Shown: positions 18,295-27,477, numbered from the stretch's first letter. The stretch is 64,000 nt of DNA from a virus (IMGVR_UViG_3300042348_001111:43453-107452), one strand, 5' to 3'. Notes: generated from the letters alone by a model not told the origin. A program made the numbers and translations.

Positions 18295-18981
18295 ATGAAC
18301 AAACTCCCCCAAAATTGGCTCATTGAAGTAACCGAAGGAAACCGCGAAGAACTCAACCGTTGGAGGAAAAAGGTCGCTACCGAGTATCGTGACCACTTTG
18401 TTAGAGTAGGGTACACCTTGCTCTCAAAGCATAAAGACGATGGAAGTTATTACTACTCCAATAACGCTCAAGAACTTAGGAATGACGAAGACTACAACGA
18501 CTACCAAGAAATCACACTCGAACAATTCCGTCAAATTACAAACCCAAACCAAAAACTTATGATAAAATCAATTAAAATTTCCCGCGAACTGCTCAACAAT
18601 TATTACAATGCCGCTACCGCCGCACAACAGGAGTACCTTACGGAACACTTCAAGTTGGATGGGACAACTACCAATGAAGCGATTCGTGGGTTATATCAGT
18701 TGGCTTGTGACACTTGGAAGCCACGCATTAAAGACAACCACCCTGATTGCTTTGAAAATGAGAAACATTTTGATTTCAGCGCAATTTCTGAAGAATCGAT
18801 CGTAGCGCCCAAAGTTGCTAAAGCACTTGGACTAAACGAAGATTTTATTCAGGTTAGAAACGGCTCAAATCCTAAACTACGCCATCGTTCGTTCTACCTG
18901 TCAACAGATTACAATTGGGAATTGGTAAACGATAATGATGGAGTAACTCCCATAATGGTACTACTTCCAACGAAGAAGTAG
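18295..18981 (+). CDS. Hypothetical protein whose N-terminal domain (about 85 aa) also occurs twice in the MoxR ATPase gene
   Basis: Residues 1-85 (NWLIEVTEGNREELNRWRKKVATEY...GYTLLSKH.DDGSYYY...DY.EITLEQFRQITNPN) align with both N-terminal repeats of the 27478 gene. Confidence 0.55.
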   Translation: MNKLPQNWLIEVTEGNREELNRWRKKVATEYRDHFVRVGYTLLSKHKDDGSYYYSNNAQELRNDEDYNDYQEITLEQFRQITNPNQKLMIKSIKISRELLNNYYNAATAAQQEYLTEHFKLDGTTTNEAIRGLYQLACDTWKPRIKDNHPDCFENEKHFDFSAISEESIVAPKVAKALGLNEDFIQVRNGSNPKLRHRSFYLSTDYNWELVNDNDGVTPIMVLLPTKK

Positions 18982-18997
18982 AGTAAAGTAATAAAAA

Positions 18998-19128
18998 AGT
19001 CAGGTGGCGGAATTGAGCAGACGCTCCCACGGATAGTGGGGGGTTTAGGGAATAAGTAAAAAAATAGGTTAAACACTGATGTTTTTTGAATACCTAACAA
19101 ATACAGGTTCAAATCCTGTCCTGACTAC
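18998..19128 (+). tRNA. tRNA-Leu-like element interrupted by about 60 nt (pseudogene, or intron or insertion-bearing tRNA)
   Basis: Same 5' end (AGTCAGGTGGCGGAAT) and 3' end (CAGGTTCAAATCCTGTCCTGACTA) as the tRNA at 16894. It has a 5-bp stem with a 5-nt loop where the anticodon arm should be. About 60 nt then separate it from the T-arm. No CCA. Confidence 0.45.
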
Positions 19129-19169
19129 TAAAAGAACACATTGAATCAATTTCTAAACTTAAATTAATT

Positions 19170-19397
19170 ATGAAAAAAATAGCATATGTAGTAAAAATTT
19201 ATTTAGACGATGGGAGAATATTTAAGTATTTTGTTGATTCTGCAGAAAAAGTTCGTGAACACGCATCTGCTATTGTAAAAGACGGATACAGGCACAATGA
19301 TGGAGAAGTATTTGAACACTATCCACCGCATAGAATTTTGAAGGTAAAAAGTGAAAACATACCAACCAATTATCCTGATATAGTAGAAGGTACTTAA
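19170..19397 (+). CDS. Hypothetical protein
   Basis: 75 aa. Its upstream context is almost identical to that of the 17497 gene. Confidence 0.4.
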   Translation: MKKIAYVVKIYLDDGRIFKYFVDSAEKVREHASAIVKDGYRHNDGEVFEHYPPHRILKVKSENIPTNYPDIVEGT

Positions 19398-19441
19398 TAT
19401 GTTAATTACCTAACCCCTAAACAATTTAATTTGAAACACAA

Positions 19442-19942
19442 ATGTTAGTAAACTTAACTCCAAATTGGAAAGAAATAGAAAGAAGAAGTGCCATATCAAA
19501 AGAGCACAATTTTGAATACATCCCGCAGTGTGATGAATCATGGATGCAGTTCGGTATTGGTGTTTACCAATGTAACATTGATTTTAATTTTTCTCACGAA
19601 GAGTTTTTAGAATTTGATGATATGGGTAGTATCCCATTTGACCAAAGTTATGAAGTTTTTGCTCCAAGTTATCTTAAAGCACAATATGGTGTTGGTGATA
19701 GTATTGAACAAATAAAAGAGTATTTTAAGAAAGAAATTGAAGACCCCAACAGGAAATACTTTATTACAGTAACACCTGTATTTCAAGATAAAGAAAATAA
19801 AGGCAAAGGTGGGGGATGGCGTTGGCACAAATGGGGTGAATACATTGGTAAGTTAGAACCTAAATGTGAATATTTAGATGATGAAAATTTTGGTGATGAC
19901 TTTGAATATGTAATTTGCTTTCACTTGTACGAGGTCAAATAA
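19442..19942 (+). CDS. Hypothetical protein
   Basis: 166-aa ORF in the AT-rich block. Confidence 0.4.
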   Translation: MLVNLTPNWKEIERRSAISKEHNFEYIPQCDESWMQFGIGVYQCNIDFNFSHEEFLEFDDMGSIPFDQSYEVFAPSYLKAQYGVGDSIEQIKEYFKKEIEDPNRKYFITVTPVFQDKENKGKGGGWRWHKWGEYIGKLEPKCEYLDDENFGDDFEYVICFHLYEVK

Positions 19943-19994
19943 CCCAACCCCCAACCTTTAAATTTAAAGTAATTGAAATTGTAAAAGAAAAGAA

Positions 19995-20408
19995 ATGAAT
20001 ACACAAGTAAGTTTTGAAATAGCAAAGTTGCTAAAAGAAAAAGAATTTAATGAAAATTGTTCTGATTACTATACTCAAACAGGCAATCTTAATTCTGATG
20101 GTTGGGGTGATATTATTTATGAACAAGGATTTGGTTCAGGAGAACCTGATAGAATGTTAAGATTTAATTACTCTGACTTTAATAAAAATCAAAAAGAAAC
20201 TTGTTTTTTATGTCCAACCATTGCAGAAGTGGTGATGTGGTTGTATGAGAAGCATGAGATTTGGATTGGTGTAGAAGCATCAGATGATTTTACAATGTTC
20301 TATTTCAGAGTTAGAAAAAAAGAAGTTTCAAGACTCAGTTTTGATTATAACTCACCAACAGAAGCATACGAAGCAGCTATTGAATACACTTTAAATAACT
20401 TAATCTAA
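19995..20408 (+). CDS. Hypothetical protein
   Basis: 137 aa. Confidence 0.4.
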   Translation: MNTQVSFEIAKLLKEKEFNENCSDYYTQTGNLNSDGWGDIIYEQGFGSGEPDRMLRFNYSDFNKNQKETCFLCPTIAEVVMWLYEKHEIWIGVEASDDFTMFYFRVRKKEVSRLSFDYNSPTEAYEAAIEYTLNNLI

Positions 20409-20824
20409 TGTTAAAAAAAGAATTTGTACCCTACGAACAAGCCTTAGCACTCAAAGAACTTGGATTTGATGAACCTTGTTTTGCAACTTATCAAAAAGGA
20501 TTAAAAGGCCCTATAATGTGGGATTATTGGTCTATTGAACTAATGAATTCCACCAATGAAGAAGATGAAGTTGAATGTACAGCCCCAACATTCTCACAAG
20601 CATTCAGATGGTTTAGAGAGACGTATAATATTGATGCATGGGTTCAACCATTCGTTGCACAAAGTAAAAAGAACATACCTTATTTACCTGACGAGTCCTA
20701 TGGTTATTTTATTTTCAAGGATGGGGTATTTGTATGTGATAAAGTTGATTTACTTGGGCCAGAAGAAGCAGAACTTGCTTGTCTTATCGAACTAATTAAA
20801 ATAGCAAAGGAGAACAAACAATGA
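20408..20824 (+). CDS. Hypothetical protein
   Basis: 138 aa. Start/stop overlap with neighbours (ATGA-style). Confidence 0.4.
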   Translation: MLKKEFVPYEQALALKELGFDEPCFATYQKGLKGPIMWDYWSIELMNSTNEEDEVECTAPTFSQAFRWFRETYNIDAWVQPFVAQSKKNIPYLPDESYGYFIFKDGVFVCDKVDLLGPEEAELACLIELIKIAKENKQ

Positions 20825-21084
20825 GTACAGTACCAACAGCAAAAGAATTTTATGATGCACATTACTCAGATGATGCGGTAGTTATAATGAGAGACTTTGC
20901 TAAACTACATGTTGAAGCAGCTTTAAAAGAGGCTAGTGAGAAATCTAAAGTTAGAAAAGATACCTATATAATGGGAAGTGGAACAACTGAAGTTGAACAA
21001 ATGTTCAATTATGGTAATGGAACTTCTCATTATGTTGACCAAAATTCAATCTTAAACGCTTATCCATTAACTAACATAATATAA
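20821..21084 (+). CDS. Hypothetical protein
   Basis: 87 aa. Confidence 0.35.
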   Translation: MSTVPTAKEFYDAHYSDDAVVIMRDFAKLHVEAALKEASEKSKVRKDTYIMGSGTTEVEQMFNYGNGTSHYVDQNSILNAYPLTNII

Positions 21085-21085
21085 T

Positions 21086-21946
21086 ATGAAAAACATACGC
21101 GTATTACCAACAAACAAACCAAGTAAATTATATTTTTGGGAAGACAAATTAGTATTTGGTAGATTAGCAACTACACCAATGAACAGAAACATCTACATTA
21201 CTTCCGATGAAGAAATTAAAGAAGGGGATTATGTGGGTTATCCTACACTTAATAATTGGGTTCCTGTTAAATATTTAGGAGGTGACTTAACAGGTGGTGA
21301 GAAAAAAATCATTCTAACAACAGACCCCGACTTAATAAAAGATGGTGTACAAGCTATTGATGATGAGTTTTTAGAATGGTTTATTAATAATCCAAGTTGT
21401 GAGTGGGTTGAGGTTAATCATTTTGGTATGTGTTGTAGTAATCAATTAATTGCTCAATGTATTAATTGTAATCAATATAATCCTATTTACAAAATAATCA
21501 TTCCAAAAGAACCTAAACAAGAATGGACTCCAACACAAGGAGAACAAGTTTGGATTAAAGTCTTTTCAAATTGGTCGAGTGGGACATATATTGGTTATGA
21601 TACAACTAAACATATTCATTTAGTAAGGGAAAATGAAGAAGGTGGGGGCAATTTACTTTCAAGCAGTAAAATATTACCTTATAAGTCAATGCCAAATGAA
21701 CCTAAACAAGAAACACTTGAAGAAGCTGTTGAAAGATTATTTCCTTTCACAAAAGATGATTCTGAAAATAGAATTATAACCATTAAACGCCTTTTTTGGA
21801 TTGAAGGTATTAAATGGCAACAAGAAAGAATGTATAGTGAGGAAGAAGTATTCAATCTATGTCGTGAGTTTGCAATATTTGTACAGCGTAACGGGCCGAG
21901 TTATAAGAAACAACAAGAGTGGTTTGAGCAATTTAAAAAGAAATAA
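21086..21946 (+). CDS. Hypothetical protein sharing a C-terminal module with the next gene
   Basis: C-terminus WQQERMYSEEEVFNLCREF...QQEWFEQFKKK. Confidence 0.45.
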   Translation: MKNIRVLPTNKPSKLYFWEDKLVFGRLATTPMNRNIYITSDEEIKEGDYVGYPTLNNWVPVKYLGGDLTGGEKKIILTTDPDLIKDGVQAIDDEFLEWFINNPSCEWVEVNHFGMCCSNQLIAQCINCNQYNPIYKIIIPKEPKQEWTPTQGEQVWIKVFSNWSSGTYIGYDTTKHIHLVRENEEGGGNLLSSSKILPYKSMPNEPKQETLEEAVERLFPFTKDDSENRIITIKRLFWIEGIKWQQERMYSEEEVFNLCREFAIFVQRNGPSYKKQQEWFEQFKKK

Positions 21947-21949
21947 GAT

Positions 21950-22285
21950 ATGAATAACAATTTAGAATTTGAAAATGAAGACCCATCTCCTGATAGTATA
22001 GAAGACAATCATCCAAGAACTAATTATGGAGAAGGTTATGGCGGTAAAGAAACACTTGAAGAAGTTGCCCATGAAATGCTTGTTGATTATGGAATTAAGT
22101 CAATAGGTCAAAGTATAGGAGTTCCAACAGTTAAAAAACTTATGGTGAATATGGCTAAATGGCAAGCTGAAAGAATGTATAGTGAGGAAGAAGTGTTAAA
22201 CATTTTACAAGAGTTTAAAAGGTATTTATCTTTTGGAGATGAAATTTCACAAGCAGAATGGTTTGAACAATTTATAAAGAAATAA
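21950..22285 (+). CDS. Hypothetical protein carrying the same C-terminal module
   Basis: C-terminus WQAERMYSEEEVLNILQEF...QAEWFEQFIKK. Confidence 0.45.
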   Translation: MNNNLEFENEDPSPDSIEDNHPRTNYGEGYGGKETLEEVAHEMLVDYGIKSIGQSIGVPTVKKLMVNMAKWQAERMYSEEEVLNILQEFKRYLSFGDEISQAEWFEQFIKK

Positions 22286-22503
22286 GATGACACACAAACT
22301 AATTCACACACCCAATGGGTAGGCAAATACATTTACTAAAAGCTCACTAAACTAAGACAAATGACAAAAGACACACCAACTTGGCAACAAGGTTTGTCTA
22401 TAAGACACATAGCACAAATTATACGACGCAAGATGATCACGCGTAGTAAACCTTCTGCTAAAGTGTATGACAGATCTAAGTCTAAATCTCAAAACACTGA
22501 CAC

Positions 22504-22953
22504 ATGACACAGTATCCACTTACTATAGAGTTAGTACCCAAAACTGCGTGGTATACCAATGTAAGGTCTAATGTTTCTAAAGAAGAATGGGACCGGATAC
22601 GCAAAAAGTGCTATCAGAACGCCGGTTATGTTTGTGAAATCTGTGGTGACACAGGTCTTAACCAACACCACAAGCATCCTGTTGAATGTCATGAAATATG
22701 GCAGTATGATGATCACAATCATGTACAAAAACTCACAGGACTGATTTCACTTTGCCCCAACTGTCACACAGTTAAACATCCAGGATTAGCACAGATAAAA
22801 GGTAAACTTGATATAGTTATCAGGCAACTTCAAAAGGTTAACTCAATGACATTTGAAGAAGCAGCAGAGTATTTACAAGAAAGTTTTTTGATATGGGGTG
22901 TTCGTTCACAACATCAGTGGACACTTGACATTGAGTATCTAAGAACTTATTAG
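22504..22953 (+). CDS. HNH endonuclease (free-standing homing-endonuclease-like)
   Basis: C.IC...LNQHHKHP...H...N..LCPNCH..KH is an HNH/ββα-Me motif with zinc ligands. Confidence 0.6.
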   Translation: MTQYPLTIELVPKTAWYTNVRSNVSKEEWDRIRKKCYQNAGYVCEICGDTGLNQHHKHPVECHEIWQYDDHNHVQKLTGLISLCPNCHTVKHPGLAQIKGKLDIVIRQLQKVNSMTFEEAAEYLQESFLIWGVRSQHQWTLDIEYLRTY

Positions 22954-23187
22954 CAAACGCTGCTTTTGTGAAGTTAAGCTATGCAGTTTACGACGGGTCG
23001 ATACTAGTCAGAACCATAAGAAACTACACGGTTTCTAGTAACATAAGCAGCCCAAACAAGTTTGATATCCCTGAAGTTTCATCTTTAAAACTGGGGCCAA
23101 GTCCTGTGTGTAGGAAACTGCACATCAGGCATGACATGAGTATAAGCAGGTCTGTCATCGTATAACACACACATATATACTGCTAAG

Positions 23188-23706
23188 GTGAAAAATACAG
23201 AGACAAGTTTAAGCATCAGCAGTTTCAGTCTTTCCTGCTACACCCGCAGTATCCATCATTCTGATCCTAATTTCTGTTCCACTTTTTACAACCAAACCGT
23301 GAAAACCAAAAACATCACACCCACACTTGCGAAAATCTTAGCACAACGCGTGCGTGAAAAGCTATCTGAAACATCAACGTTACTTGCTGAAAAGCAAAAA
23401 GAAAAAGTGCTTGCGTCTAAAGAATACGCAGAGTTTGAAAAACTACGCGAACAAGAGCGTCAGCTTCGTAAAAAGATTGATATACTTAAAAATAAAATTT
23501 CTGAAAAGTACAGCACTTCACTGATGAAAGTAAAATTAAATACTGTATATAGTGATAAACCAGCTGCAGTAAATATTTCAGAAAATGACAAGGTCAGTGT
23601 AGAGTCTATTCGTGACAGCATTTTGCTTGATGATCATTTTGCTACATCACCTGTTACTGTTGATGAAATGGTAGACAAAATGGTCAAAAAGTTTATGTCA
23701 CGGTAA
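23188..23706 (+). CDS. Hypothetical coiled-coil protein
   Basis: GTG start in the track. Central K/E-rich heptads. Confidence 0.3.
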   Translation: MKNTETSLSISSFSLSCYTRSIHHSDPNFCSTFYNQTVKTKNITPTLAKILAQRVREKLSETSTLLAEKQKEKVLASKEYAEFEKLREQERQLRKKIDILKNKISEKYSTSLMKVKLNTVYSDKPAAVNISENDKVSVESIRDSILLDDHFATSPVTVDEMVDKMVKKFMSR

Positions 23707-23989
23707 CAAAAACGAACAACAAAAAAAAGAACACGCATACCCTCAACTTACTGGTAGGACAATTTGCTTTCTGAATGGGTTTGTCAGAAGGTCTGTTCTT
23801 TAAAATTGCAACACATTGCTGTTAGACGTAAGAGCATGATGCAGCGCCAGTGTAGTTCAGGTAAAGACTTTACATTAGATCTCAATAGAACTCTTGGGTG
23901 TAAAGCAAACTTAATCTCAAGTTTTCATAGTGTATAAAACGACATTATGAAAATTGAGTCAATATATATCTGTTTTAAAATAATAAGTT

Positions 23990-24553
23990 ATGGTCTATAA
24001 ATACTGTAATAAAACTCTCAGATATGTTTCAGCTTTGCAATATTTTATTAAAGCAATGATGTTGCTTTTGCTATTCTGTGCATCAGTTTTTTATTATATA
24101 GGTTACACTAAAGGCCATTACAATGGTTCAAATAGTTTAACTGATGCTGAAAAAGCATTTATTATTAAAGAACAAGATGTATTTTCAGAAGAAAAGTTGA
24201 AAAACTATCTTGTAGAGCTTAATGTAAAATTTCCTCACATTGTTCATGCTCAAGCAATTATTGAATCTGGTCATTTTAAGTCACAGATATTCAAAAACAA
24301 CCATAATCTCTTTGGTATGAAACAAGCACGCAGTCGTGCAACTACCAATTTAGGTTCTGAATTAGGTCATGCTGTGTACTATCATTGGCGTGAAAGTGTT
24401 CTTGATTATGCTTTGTATCAATGTGCTTTTTTAAGTAAAATAAACACTGAAGAAACTTACTATCAATATTTAAAAGAAAATTATGCAGAATCTCCAACAT
24501 ATGCAGTACAAGTTGAAAACATGGCTAAAAATCTTAAAACAAGATTTTATTGA
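23990..24553 (+). CDS. Peptidoglycan hydrolase (FlgJ-type glucosaminidase/muramidase domain) with an N-terminal TM anchor
   Basis: AQAIIESGHFKS...NNLFGMK matches the mannosyl-glycoprotein endo-beta-N-acetylglucosaminidase domain signature. The N-terminal MMLLLLFCASVFYYIGY is a TM or SAR segment. Confidence 0.6.
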   Translation: MVYKYCNKTLRYVSALQYFIKAMMLLLLFCASVFYYIGYTKGHYNGSNSLTDAEKAFIIKEQDVFSEEKLKNYLVELNVKFPHIVHAQAIIESGHFKSQIFKNNHNLFGMKQARSRATTNLGSELGHAVYYHWRESVLDYALYQCAFLSKINTEETYYQYLKENYAESPTYAVQVENMAKNLKTRFY

Positions 24554-24776
24554 TTTTTTGTATGGCAGGACTGAAATTTATAATCCAACATTATACAGTC
24601 CTTGTTATGAACTAATGATCATCAACATTAAAAATAGGTATGCAAGTTTTAAGCGTTACTATAGTATAAAAGATGCTATAGAGTCTGTTTCACAAGATAT
24701 GATGTTTGACAAAGAAAATGATTATTTCCTTTTCAACAAACTATCAAACAAAAATCATTTTATAAAACTTAACTAA
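24483..24776 (+). CDS. Hypothetical protein
   Basis: 97-aa ORF. It overlaps the 3' end of the previous gene in another frame, so the start is uncertain. Confidence 0.3.
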   Translation: MQNLQHMQYKLKTWLKILKQDFIDFLYGRTEIYNPTLYSPCYELMIINIKNRYASFKRYYSIKDAIESVSQDMMFDKENDYFLFNKLSNKNHFIKLN

Positions 24777-24783
24777 TCTAATT

Positions 24784-25125
24784 ATGAAAGCAATTCTAAA
24801 TTCAAACTCTTATCGCACAGGTCAAAACATAAAAAAGTTTTATGATTTTAGTGAACCTGTTTTTTGCTCTGAAATTCCTGAAAAATTTGAAACACTTGAA
24901 TTGCACTACAATGTTGATGATAAATCATGTACTGTAAGTCCTTTAAATTTTACAGATCCTGTAAAGGATGAACCAAGTACTTTTGTTGTTTATAATTATG
25001 ATTCAGAAACTCAAAATCCTTTATCAGCTGCTACAGACAAGCATATGATTAAACTATTTTTAGGACGCAGCGATCATAAAAAATTGCAAATAGAATCTGA
25101 TTCAAACATTTTTGAAGACTATTAA
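24784..25125 (+). CDS. Hypothetical protein
   Basis: 113 aa. Confidence 0.4.
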   Translation: MKAILNSNSYRTGQNIKKFYDFSEPVFCSEIPEKFETLELHYNVDDKSCTVSPLNFTDPVKDEPSTFVVYNYDSETQNPLSAATDKHMIKLFLGRSDHKKLQIESDSNIFEDY

Positions 25126-25140
25126 AATATAATTTACCTA

Positions 25141-25407
25141 ATGGGAAAAATGAAAGAGTTGTTTATGCAACTGCGTGAACAAGAAGCTAATACTGAAGGT
25201 TTTGATAATATTGACGACGAGTATCAATATCAATTGTACATCCAAGATAAATACAAGTCACCACCTCATGTTTGTTTTATGATGGACAATGATGGACAAC
25301 TTGTCATGCTTCAAGGTAACACTCCAGAAGAAATTATGCACATAGCCAAAAAGCATAAACTTGAAGGAGAATTTACAATAATGTCTCCACTTAAACATTT
25401 ATTTTAG
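25141..25407 (+). CDS. Hypothetical protein
   Basis: 88 aa. Confidence 0.4.
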   Translation: MGKMKELFMQLREQEANTEGFDNIDDEYQYQLYIQDKYKSPPHVCFMMDNDGQLVMLQGNTPEEIMHIAKKHKLEGEFTIMSPLKHLF

Positions 25408-25409
25408 CA

Positions 25410-25622
25410 ATGATGTATTATTTATTTTTATCGTATTTTTTCGTAGCATTAGTAAAAACTATCATTTACATGCTTAGTGATGAAGACGAAGTTACTGTCA
25501 TAGACATTATAATTTTTATACTGTCACCTTTTGCAATGATTCCAATCATTGTTATAGGAGTGTTAAGTCGTTTAGTTGACCTTAACAAACCTATTTTAAA
25601 AAAAAACAGTAATACATTTTAA
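25410..25622 (+). CDS. Small membrane protein (2 TM)
   Basis: Hydrophobic 70 aa. Confidence 0.4.
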   Translation: MMYYLFLSYFFVALVKTIIYMLSDEDEVTVIDIIIFILSPFAMIPIIVIGVLSRLVDLNKPILKKNSNTF

Positions 25623-25707
25623 AAAGCTTTTTTTGACAAATATTGTGAATCATTCACATTTTTTAAAAACCCAAAAACTAAACCTGACAAATTTTAAAAG
25701 CCACTTT

Positions 25708-26241
25708 ATGAAAAAGTATCCCTCAATTACTGCAACTGCACAAGGCATTATCAGTTATGACAAAGATGGTAACCAAGTCATACAACGTTATGACAAAACT
25801 TATCAAAAGAAATCTGATTTTAAACCAAAACACATTCTTCAAACTTCGCAAGACTTAGAAAAAATTCATTTGAATATGATTCAACGTCAGATGTTTAGAA
25901 GGCTAATGTATGGTTTGAAAGAATACACCCCAGAACAAATGGCAGCTATGTCTCCTTCTGTAATTACAAATATTGTAGAAGATTACAAAAAAGCTAAAAG
26001 AGCGCTGCATGTTCTAAAAGCCAAACGCTATTATCACGCTGAAACAAAGCTGTTAAACGCAATATTTCCTAACATGGAAATTGGCACTAAAGACTTTGAT
26101 TGGTACCTTGATGTACCTAAAAATGTTACACTTCGTAGTTTAGGTATATCTACAAAAGAGGTCATTGATGAATTTATCAATCGCCGGTTACTACCTAAAA
26201 ACTTTTACGCTGTTACTCCTGAAAATGTTTCTATGCCATGA
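25708..26241 (+). CDS. Hypothetical protein
   Basis: First ATG gives MKKYPSITATAQ. The track's start is a TTG. Confidence 0.4.
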   Translation: MKKYPSITATAQGIISYDKDGNQVIQRYDKTYQKKSDFKPKHILQTSQDLEKIHLNMIQRQMFRRLMYGLKEYTPEQMAAMSPSVITNIVEDYKKAKRALHVLKAKRYYHAETKLLNAIFPNMEIGTKDFDWYLDVPKNVTLRSLGISTKEVIDEFINRRLLPKNFYAVTPENVSMP

Positions 26242-26564
26242 GTGAATCTACTGCAAACAGTGAGGCCATCGTCAAGTACGGTGGTCTCACCAATGCTGAA
26301 CTATTACTGGTCTACTTTCGTTTTAAAAAGTACCTGGAAAATTTGGACAGCAATCTGAATGAACAAAAAATTTCTAAATCAATTGATACACCCTTAGGTA
26401 AAGGTGTTGTCATTCAAAAAGTTCCCGTAGAACATGTAGAGCGATTCAAAAAGACTGAATACTATAAGCTTACTAAGCTTGTGGTTGAAAAACTGCAACC
26501 TATTGCTGAGGTGATTCTAGAATGCGATGACTCTTTGCAATCTTTAGTTGATGAGTTACGGTAG
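26238..26564 (+). CDS. Hypothetical protein
   Basis: 108 aa with ATGA-style start overlap. Confidence 0.4.
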   Translation: MSESTANSEAIVKYGGLTNAELLLVYFRFKKYLENLDSNLNEQKISKSIDTPLGKGVVIQKVPVEHVERFKKTEYYKLTKLVVEKLQPIAEVILECDDSLQSLVDELR

Positions 26565-26871
26565 ACTTAGCAATCAAGTTGCCATGTCTGAGTATCTATC
26601 TTTAGAAGCAAAAGGTCTCTATGGAATTATTTGTTGCATGTGCGGTAGCAAAGATTATTGCTATCCATCTTTATTAAAACTGGCAAAGCTTTCAGGAAAA
26701 AGCAAATCTACAGTTCAACGCATTCTCAGAGAACTTTCTGACAAAGGCGTTATAACGCGTGGATTTAATACTACTCTGAACAAAACAATTACCGTTAATC
26801 TTTTAGACCCTAAAAAATCCAAATTAACCTATGAACAAGCCCACATCAATGTCATTAGTGGAGATTATTGA
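26551..26871 (+). CDS. Winged-HTH DNA-binding protein (putative transcription or replication regulator)
   Basis: SLLKLAKLSGKSKSTVQRILRELSDKGVI is a helix-turn-helix. The start could instead be the ATG at 26584. Confidence 0.45.
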   Translation: MSYGRLSNQVAMSEYLSLEAKGLYGIICCMCGSKDYCYPSLLKLAKLSGKSKSTVQRILRELSDKGVITRGFNTTLNKTITVNLLDPKKSKLTYEQAHINVISGDY

Positions 26872-27319
26872 AAACAACGCAGAAAAAATCAATAACCCAT
26901 TAATTCACGATCATGTCATGATTATTCTTGAAAGTGATCAAAATGGTTTACCAAATGGTAAAGTTATAAAAGTCAAAGGGAATCCTTTTGGCCTACTTGG
27001 CATGATTGACCTGATAGTTGAACAACTTGGTACTATCAGAGAAGGCATTGTAAAAAAGTTCAATCAAGCTGATAAGATGACTGAAAAGCTCAACACAGCA
27101 TCTTCTTCGCATCGTGAACGTCTAAGAAAACTAGAAGCAGCCGCTCGTAAAGCTTCAGAACAAGGAGATGCTGAGGCTTTAGACCAAATCAAATTAGAGC
27201 TTATTAATCTGCTTAAAGATATGAGAAACAGCTCTAGTGATGAACAAAATGATGATGATGACAACGAAGCCTCTGGCTCTGATGAATTCAGAATTGATGA
27301 CTTTAAAGGAGGTTTTTAA
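26831..27319 (+). CDS. Hypothetical protein with an acidic C-terminal tail
   Basis: 162 aa. The C-terminus reads SSSDEQNDDDDNEASGSDEF. Confidence 0.4.
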   Translation: MNKPTSMSLVEIIENNAEKINNPLIHDHVMIILESDQNGLPNGKVIKVKGNPFGLLGMIDLIVEQLGTIREGIVKKFNQADKMTEKLNTASSSHRERLRKLEAAARKASEQGDAEALDQIKLELINLLKDMRNSSSDEQNDDDDNEASGSDEFRIDDFKGGF

Positions 27320-27329
27320 GCATAGGGGG

Positions 27330-27470
27330 TAGTCACCTATGACCACCCCTCAAATGCGCGCCTTTTTCTTTTTCATTCTTCTTATTCCTTACTAGTCACC
27401 CATGACTAGGGGGTGTGGTCACCTATGACTACCCCCCTGGTCACTGGTGACCATCCCCTTGTAAAAATTT
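27330..27470. promoter_or_regulatory. Cluster of GC-rich palindromes built on GTCAC and GTGAC half-sites, upstream of the MoxR ATPase gene
   Basis: The cluster contains GGGGGTAGTCACCTATGACCACCCC, TAGTCACCCATGACTAGGGGG, GGTCACCTATGACTACCCCCC and GGTCACTGGTGACC within 140 bp. Confidence 0.45.
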
Positions 27471-27477
27471 ACTGTTT

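Noticed and set aside
18909-19112. ORF on the minus strand across the tRNA-like element
   Set aside because: It overlaps the tRNA-like gene and the end of the 18295 CDS. It has no support.
18998-19128. Group I intron in the tRNA-Leu-like gene
   Set aside because: The inserted segment is only about 60 nt, which is too short for a group I or group II intron core. It is kept as an interrupted or pseudo tRNA instead.
8363-19128. tRNA 3' fragments as attP sites of a temperate phage
   Set aside because: No integrase, excisionase or repressor-like lysogeny module is present in 64 kb. The gene content is that of a lytic replication strategy.
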